In this document: piece by piece, positions 26,983-32,000 of the stretch
Numbering within the stretch: position 1 is the stretch's first letter
Layout of the letters: each line of letters opens with the position of its first letter
Assembly: GCF_003260095.1 (NCBI RefSeq)
Contig: NZ_PTPX01000011.1
Coordinates: 1-32,000, forward strand
Source of the DNA: Glaesserella australis
GTDB taxonomy: Bacteria > Pseudomonadota > Gammaproteobacteria > Enterobacterales > Pasteurellaceae
Length of the DNA: 32,000 nucleotides
Direction of reading: 5' to 3'
The notes under the pieces: generated by a model
What the model saw: the letters and a program-made list of their open reading frames with translations, nothing else
Told to the model about the DNA's origin: nothing
Database searches by the model: none
Program-made: the position numbers and the translations under genes

Positions 26983-27062
26983 TGTATCTTGGCGGTTGTT
27001 CTAAACGCCGAAGTATGAAACAATTCTGCCATCTTAAAATTTTGTAAATAAGGCGGTCTAAA

Positions 27063-27713
27063 TTGATCGATTTCGATGGTTACCGCCCGAATGTTGGTAT
27101 CGTCATCTGCAATAAGCAAGGACAAGTTCTCTGGGCAAAACGGTTTGGACAGAACTCTTGGCAATTTCCACAAGGGGGAATTAACGAGAATGAAAACATT
27201 GAATCAGCAATGTACCGTGAGCTTTATGAAGAAGTCGGCTTAACCAAAAAAGATGTACGATTACTTTGGGCATCGAAGTATTGGCTAAAATATAAATTGC
27301 CAAAACGTTTGGTTCGTAATGAGCAAACACACCCAGTCTGCATTGGGCAAAAACAGCGTTGGTTCTTACTACAACTGATTACAGATGAAAGCAAAATTAA
27401 CCTAAAAGCCAGTAAAACACCTGAATTTGATGGCTGGCGTTGGGTGAGCTTTTGGTATCCTGTGCGACAAGTGGTTTCCTTTAAACGAGATGTTTATCGC
27501 AAGGTGATGAAAGAGTTTGCTCAAGTATTAATGGGCGAAATGAAAAAATCAGAACACGAGAAAATGCGAGAAGAACAGCGTGATGTTGCTGTGACTAAAG
27601 AACAAAGAGAACCGAGAGACGCCAAAGAGACAAAGAGCGAAAGGCGAGATTTTCATCAACCTAAACGTGAATTTCGCAAACCTTATCGCACTTTTAAAGG
27701 AAAAAAATCATGA
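27063..27713 (+). CDS. rppH: RNA pyrophosphohydrolase RppH (NudH)
   Basis: The N-terminus [17 protein letters not shown] matches E. coli RppH ([17 protein letters not shown]), which implies a TTG start at 27063. Nudix box [23 protein letters not shown] is present. At 216 aa it carries a Lys/Arg/Glu-rich C-terminal tail that the 176-aa E. coli protein lacks. Confidence 0.93.
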   Translation: MIDFDGYRPNVGIVICNKQGQVLWAKRFGQNSWQFPQGGINENENIESAMYRELYEEVGLTKKDVRLLWASKYWLKYKLPKRLVRNEQTHPVCIGQKQRWFLLQLITDESKINLKASKTPEFDGWRWVSFWYPVRQVVSFKRDVYRKVMKEFAQVLMGEMKKSEHEKMREEQRDVAVTKEQREPRDAKETKSERRDFHQPKREFRKPYRTFKGKKS

Positions 27714-28504
27714 TCGAAATGTTTATCGCCTTTCTTGTGCTTGGCGCAATCGCTGGCTTTCTTGCGGGTTTATTTGGGATCGGAGGTGGTATGATTATCG
27801 TACCCACACTCGTTTATCTCTTACCTAAATTAGGTGTGTCAGACGAACTACTGATGTCAATAGCACTAGGAACATCATTTTCAACCATTGTTCTAACAAC
27901 CTTTTCTGCGGCACAGCGTCAGCATAAATTGGGTAATGTAGAATGGTCGTTACTAAAATATTTTGCGCCCGCATTGATGGTTTCGGTCTTTATTTCAGGC
28001 TTGATTGTCAGCGATTTCCCAAAATCCGTCTTGACCAAACTCTTTGCGATTTTAGTGTTATACAATTCGATCAAAATGTTCTTAGCATTAAAGCCCAAAC
28101 AACAAGCTCCTAAGCCATTGACCGTGCAATCTACCATTATTGCAGGGGGAATTATTGGGGCGTTATCCAGTGTGGCGGGCATCGCAGGTGGTGCATTTAT
28201 TGTGCCATTTTTAAATAGCCGTGGTATTGAACTTAAAAAAGCGATTGGTAGCTCTTCTTTTTGTGGCGGATTATTAGGTTTAGCCGCTACCATTAGCTTT
28301 ATTCTGAGTGGTTGGAATCAACCAAATCTCCCTGAATATTCACTGGGCTATGTTTATCTGCCCGCATTATTGGGCATTACTATGGCATCTGTATTTACCT
28401 CAAAATTAGGGGCAAGTGCCGCCAATAAATTACCTGTACCTATTTTAAAACGAGCGTTTGCGATATTCCTGATGTTTGTTGGGATCAATATGTTTTTGAA
28501 ATAA
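27710..28504 (+). CDS. TSUP (TauE/SafE, YfcA-like) family membrane permease
   Basis: 264-aa polytopic protein with the two-fold repeated G-rich helices typical of TSUP ([13 protein letters not shown] and [13 protein letters not shown]). ATGA overlap with the rppH stop. Confidence 0.85.
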   Translation: MIEMFIAFLVLGAIAGFLAGLFGIGGGMIIVPTLVYLLPKLGVSDELLMSIALGTSFSTIVLTTFSAAQRQHKLGNVEWSLLKYFAPALMVSVFISGLIVSDFPKSVLTKLFAILVLYNSIKMFLALKPKQQAPKPLTVQSTIIAGGIIGALSSVAGIAGGAFIVPFLNSRGIELKKAIGSSSFCGGLLGLAATISFILSGWNQPNLPEYSLGYVYLPALLGITMASVFTSKLGASAANKLPVPILKRAFAIFLMFVGINMFLK

Positions 28505-28526
28505 TGGCAAAATTTTGTCTAAATCA

Positions 28527-28536
28527 GACCGCTTGT
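28527..28536 (-). repeat. Uptake signal sequence ACAAGCGGTC
   Basis: GACCGCTTGT on the plus strand between the TSUP gene and lgt. Confidence 0.85.
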
Positions 28537-28559
28537 TAGCTATTTTTATTTGAGGATTT

Positions 28560-29357
28560 ATGAACGAACAATTTTTAGCTTTTCCTAATATTGACCCTAT
28601 TGCGTTAAAACTAGGCCCCGTCTCACTTCACTGGTATGGCATTATGTATCTGTTGGGATTCGGTTTTGCCTATTGGTTAGGCACAAAACGGGCGAAAAAT
28701 TCCAATGGCATATGGACAACCGAGCAAGTCGATCAACTGCTTTTTAACGGTTTCTGGGGCGTGGTGTTAGGTGGACGAATCGGCGATGTTTTCTTTTATA
28801 GTTTCGACCGTTTTCTTGCTGATCCTATTTATCTCTTTCGCATTTGGGAAGGGGGAATGTCGTTCCACGGCGGTTTAATCGGTGTGATTGTCGCAATGCT
28901 TTGGACTTCTCGTCGTCAAAACCGTAGCTTTTGGCAAACGGCAGATTTTATCGCTCCGCTTATTCCGTTCGGTTTAGGCTTAGGGCGTATCGGCAATTTC
29001 ATTAATGATGAACTTTGGGGGAGAGTGACCGATGTGCCGTGGGCAATTATGTTCCCAAACGGTGGCTATTTACCACGTCACCCATCTCAACTTTACGAAG
29101 CCGTGTTAGAAGGTTTAGTGCTATTTCTAATACTGAATTGGTTTATCCGTAAACCACGCCCAACAGGCTCTGTCGCAGGCTTGTTCCTGCTTGGCTATGG
29201 CGTATTTCGTTTTATTGTCGAGTACTTCCGAGAGTTCGACCCGAGCGTCAATACCGCCGCAGACTTAATCACCCGTGGGCAACTGCTCTCTATGCCAATG
29301 ATTATTGGGGGCATCGTGATTATGTTAGTGGCATATAAACTTCAAAAAAACAGATAA
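28560..29357 (+). CDS. lgt: Phosphatidylglycerol-prolipoprotein diacylglyceryl transferase
   Basis: 265 aa. [46 protein letters not shown] and PRHPSQLYE are colinear with E. coli Lgt. Confidence 0.96.
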   Translation: MNEQFLAFPNIDPIALKLGPVSLHWYGIMYLLGFGFAYWLGTKRAKNSNGIWTTEQVDQLLFNGFWGVVLGGRIGDVFFYSFDRFLADPIYLFRIWEGGMSFHGGLIGVIVAMLWTSRRQNRSFWQTADFIAPLIPFGLGLGRIGNFINDELWGRVTDVPWAIMFPNGGYLPRHPSQLYEAVLEGLVLFLILNWFIRKPRPTGSVAGLFLLGYGVFRFIVEYFREFDPSVNTAADLITRGQLLSMPMIIGGIVIMLVAYKLQKNR

Positions 29358-29359
29358 CC

Positions 29360-29406
29360 ACAAGCGGTGAGATTCGGCAAAAAATTTGCAAATTCTCACC
29401 GCTTGT
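29360..29406 (+). terminator. lgt terminator formed by an inverted USS pair
   Basis: ACAAGCGGTGAGA (29360-29372) pairs with TCTCACCGCTTGT (29394-29406), followed by ATTTT. The loop contains AAAAAATTTGCAAA. USS cores lie at 29360-29368 (plus) and 29398-29406 (minus). Confidence 0.8.
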
Positions 29407-29423
29407 ATTTTAAGGAGAGAAAA

Positions 29424-30101
29424 ATGGCAAAGACATTTAAATTAATTGGTTTTGATCTTGATGGCACTTTGGTCAATAGCTTGCCTGATTTGGCATTATC
29501 ACTCAACTCTGCTTTTGCAGAAGCGGGATTACCACAAGCCCCTGAAGAACTTGTGCTGACGTGGATTGGCAATGGTGCAGATGTGTTGTTTGCGAAAGGA
29601 ATAGAATGGACAGGCAAAGCAAACGAATTTAGTGAAGAAGAACTCGCTCAAATTAAACGTCGTTTTGGGTATTTTTACGGTGAGAATGTGTGCAATATCA
29701 GCCAACTCTACCCGAATGTAAAATCAACATTAGAAGCCTTAAAAGCAGACGGTTATATTTTAGCGGTGGTAACTAACAAACCGACAAAACACGTTTTACC
29801 TGTTTTAAAAGCTTTTGGCATTGATCACCTTTTCTCTGAAGCACTTGGTGGGCAATCACTCCCTACGATTAAACCACACCCTGCACCGCTCTATTATCTC
29901 TGTGGTAAATTTGGTTTGTATCCGCACGAAATGTTATTCGTTGGCGATTCTAAAAACGATATATTGGCAGCAAAAGCGGCAGGCTGTGAAAGTGTGGGTT
30001 TAACTTATGGATATAACTACAACATTCCAATTAGCGAGTCGGAGCCTGACTATGTGTGTGATGATTTTGCGGATATTTTGGCGATTGTAAAAAATGCATA
30101 A
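29424..30101 (+). CDS. gph: Phosphoglycolate phosphatase (HAD superfamily)
   Basis: HAD motifs GFDLDGTLVNS, VVTNKP and VGDSKNDILAAKAAG. The start is set at MAKTFKLIGFD (AAGGAGAG RBS). The track start at 29367 would read through the lgt terminator. Confidence 0.85.
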   Translation: MAKTFKLIGFDLDGTLVNSLPDLALSLNSAFAEAGLPQAPEELVLTWIGNGADVLFAKGIEWTGKANEFSEEELAQIKRRFGYFYGENVCNISQLYPNVKSTLEALKADGYILAVVTNKPTKHVLPVLKAFGIDHLFSEALGGQSLPTIKPHPAPLYYLCGKFGLYPHEMLFVGDSKNDILAAKAAGCESVGLTYGYNYNIPISESEPDYVCDDFADILAIVKNA

Positions 30102-30104
30102 AAT

Positions 30105-30128
30105 AAAGGTTGGCATCTGCCAACCTTT
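30105..30128. terminator. Bidirectional terminator between gph and azlD
   Basis: AAAGGTTGG-CATCTG-CCAACCTTT is a perfect 9-bp stem with A/T flanks. Confidence 0.8.
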
Positions 30129-30455
30129 CTAACTTAATACCCACAGTAAACCATTCAAACTCAAAATTCCCAATCCCACACTAAGTAAAATATTTTTAAA
30201 TCCTTTATAACTCACGATCACTAAAATAAGGGCAATGACTTGTGCTAAAAAGAGTGTATAGCCTTCGTTCTCCTTAGGTAAACTTAAACTGGTCAGCACC
30301 AATAATGTCATAATAACAAGCGGTAACATTTTATTTAATTTTTGCAAAATCGGCGAAGATAGCACTGATTTTGGTAAAAATAGCGGAATAAAACGACAAA
30401 GTTGGGTACCAAGCACCAACGCAATGAGCATATAAATAATATCAAGCGTTTCCAT
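30129..30455 (-). CDS. azlD: Branched-chain amino acid exporter small subunit AzlD
   Basis: About 108-aa hydrophobic protein counted from METLDIIYMLIALVLG (GGGAGA RBS). It overlaps the azlC stop by 14 nt. The azlC-azlD pairing is typical. Confidence 0.8.
   Translation of the reverse strand: METLDIIYMLIALVLGTQLCRFIPLFLPKSVLSSPILQKLNKMLPLVIMTLLVLTSLSLPKENEGYTLFLAQVIALILVIVSYKGFKNILLSVGLGILSLNGLLWVLS
30316..30324 (+). repeat. Uptake signal sequence core ACAAGCGGT
   Basis: Exact 9-mer inside azlD, with TTTTTGCAAAAT downstream. Confidence 0.8.
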
Positions 30456-31146
30456 TTTGTTCTCCCTTCTTCTCTGTAAATGATTGTGGTAGTAACGCAA
30501 CAATCACAATCGCAATAACAATGGCAACAAGTAATACGCTTGTTTGAGTGATTTGCCCTGCGAGTAAAAAGCCAATAAGGGCGATAAAAATCGGTTTCCA
30601 CTGCTTTTGGCTACGATATTGTTCATAGGCTAAAATCGCAAAAAGACAAGGTAAAGCAAAGTCTAAATTAGGAATATATTGTGATACAGAATCTCCCAAT
30701 AAAATGCCGATAATCGTTGCAAATGTCCAATAAAACATCCCTAAAAGACTAATTTTCAACATCATCGCTTGGCGAGTTTCAGGAGACAATGTCGTTAATA
30801 CACCAAAATTTTCATCGGTTAAATAACTTAGCGTAAAGAAGCGACTTAATTTTCCTTTTGGCAATGATTGATGCATATTCAGGGTATAGAAAATAAAGCG
30901 GAGACTCATCAACAGTGTACTTAAAAATACCGAGACCAATCCTGCCCCTGAAACAAAAAAGGGAATAGCGGCATACTGTGCTGTGCCTGAAAAAACGGTA
31001 AAACACATAATCACCGTAAACCATGCGGGCATTCCAGCATTAGTGGCTAACATTCCGTAAGCAATCCCAGCCGCAAGGTATCCCATAAAAATCGGCATAG
31101 TGAGTTTTAATGCACTTTTCCAACTGTTTTCCGAGTTAAATGACAT
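30442..31146 (-). CDS. azlC: AzlC family branched-chain amino acid exporter large subunit
   Basis: 234-aa polytopic protein. The N-terminal PIFMGYLAAGIAYG and GTAQYA segments are typical of AzlC. Confidence 0.82.
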   Translation of the reverse strand: MSFNSENSWKSALKLTMPIFMGYLAAGIAYGMLATNAGMPAWFTVIMCFTVFSGTAQYAAIPFFVSGAGLVSVFLSTLLMSLRFIFYTLNMHQSLPKGKLSRFFTLSYLTDENFGVLTTLSPETRQAMMLKISLLGMFYWTFATIIGILLGDSVSQYIPNLDFALPCLFAILAYEQYRSQKQWKPIFIALIGFLLAGQITQTSVLLVAIVIAIVIVALLPQSFTEKKGEQNGNA

Positions 31147-31328
31147 AGAACCTCAAAGAGTAAAAAAGAATTGATTATACAAAGAGAGACTGAATTTGCA
31201 ATGAAATCAAGATGTTTTTATAGAACCAAACTTTTGGTTGTTTAATATGCCATTTGGTTATTTGCAAGCGGTCAGATTTGCCCTTAAATTTGCAGTCAAT
31301 CAAATTTACCTATCAAAAGGAACTTATT

Positions 31329-32000
31329 ATGTTTAGAAAATTATCAGTGATTGCACTTTCGATTGCGGCTGTGGCAACTTCTTCTACCGCATTTGCTAAA
31401 GAGAGCTTATTAGATCGTATCAACAGCAAAGGCACCATTACCGTTGGTACAGAAGGGACTTATGCCCCATTCACTTACCACGATGCAAGCGGTAAATTAA
31501 CAGGTTACGATGTGGAAGTTACCCGTGCTGTTGCAGAAAAATTAGGTGTGAAAGTCGATTTCAAAGAGACCCAATGGGACGCAATGTTGGCAGGTTTAAA
31601 AGGGGAGCGTTTTGACATCGTGGCAAATCAAGTGGGCTTAACCACGCCAGAGCGTCAAGCGACTTTTGATAAATCCGCAGAGTACAGCTGGTCTGGGGCA
31701 ATGTTATTGGCTCGTCAAGATGAAACCCGTGTAAGTAAAGCAGAAGATGTGAAAGGCTTAAGAGCCGCTCAAACTTTAAGTTCTAACTACGGTGAATTAG
31801 CTCAGAAGAATGGGGCGGAAATCGTGGCGGTTGATGGTATGGCTCAAGCATTATTGTTAATTCAACAAAAACGTGCAGACGTAACCTTTAACGACTCCCT
31901 TGCGTTGTTAGATTACTTGAAGAAAAACCCAAATTCAGGCTTAAAACCAGTGTGGGAAGCGACAGATAAAGTTGGCGCTGGTTTTATTGTGAACAAAGGC
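31329..32000 (+). CDS. tcyJ: Periplasmic cystine/amino-acid-binding protein of an ABC transporter (FliY/TcyJ-like), 5' partial
   Basis: Not in the ORF track because it runs off the window. The ATG at 31329 has an AAAGGAA RBS upstream. I translate it as MFRKLSVIALSIAAVATSSTAFA KESLLDRINSKGTITVGTEGTYAPFTYHDASGKLTGYDVEV...WDAMLAGL...RFDIVANQV. This is colinear with E. coli FliY (GTLLVGLEGTYPPFSF...GKLTGFEVEF...WDGMLASL...RIDVVINQV). Confidence 0.85.
   Translation, partial: MFRKLSVIALSIAAVATSSTAFAKESLLDRINSKGTITVGTEGTYAPFTYHDASGKLTGYDVEVTRAVAEKLGVKVDFKETQWDAMLAGLKGERFDIVANQVGLTTPERQATFDKSAEYSWSGAMLLARQDETRVSKAEDVKGLRAAQTLSSNYGELAQKNGAEIVAVDGMAQALLLIQQKRADVTFNDSLALLDYLKKNPNSGLKPVWEATDKVGAGFIVNKG

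Noticed and set aside
26940-27173. 77-aa minus-strand ORF overlapping the rppH start and DnaA-box cluster B
   Set aside because: It is antisense to the well-supported rppH N-terminus. It has no RBS and no recognisable domain.

Overview
This 32-kb window looks like core chromosome from a Pasteurellaceae species. The 9-mer ACAAGCGGT, the Apl-type uptake signal sequence (Actinobacillus / Mannheimia / H. ducreyi clade), occurs 19 times. About 0.25 occurrences would be expected by chance.

Gene content, left to right:
- A tRNA Arg-His-Pro operon (minus strand).
- A reduced enterobacterial-common-antigen (ECA) cluster: wecA-wzzE-wecD-wecE-wecF-[orphan lipoprotein]-wzyE-wecG (minus strand).
- hemL, menD-menH, and a small zinc-ribbon membrane protein.
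- A comEA-like competence gene carrying 66-bp tandem repeats.
- yhdT-panF, metJ, a stand-alone acpP, proS, arcA, cdd, folB, plsY, murB-birA, yicC, rph.
- The ygiW-qseBC stress/two-component operon.
- rppH, a TSUP permease, lgt, gph, azlCD, and the 5' part of a cystine-binding protein gene.

I see no prophage, IS element, CRISPR array, toxin-antitoxin pair or defence island, and nearly every ORF has a clear housekeeping ortholog.

The feature least explained by the gene list is the 580-bp ygiW/rppH intergenic region (26483-27062). It holds two perfect and four 8/9 DnaA boxes, five GATC sites within 191 bp, and a very AT-rich flank. It also coincides with a change in the dominant coding strand. 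Its position directly upstream of rppH matches that of E. coli DARS2, so I read it as a DARS2-like DnaA-reactivating or DnaA-regulatory element. A replication origin is the less likely alternative.

Secondary points of interest:
- The ECA cluster lacks wzxE, wecB, wecC, rffG and rffH and carries an inserted lipoprotein gene.
- ComEA has a repeat-extended N-terminal region.
- The USS appears bipartite (ACAAGCGGTC, then 11-15 nt, then TTTTGCAAA).
- birA lacks the repressor domain.

All homology statements come from my memory of E. coli and H. influenzae orthologs and from motifs visible in the translations. No database search was run.
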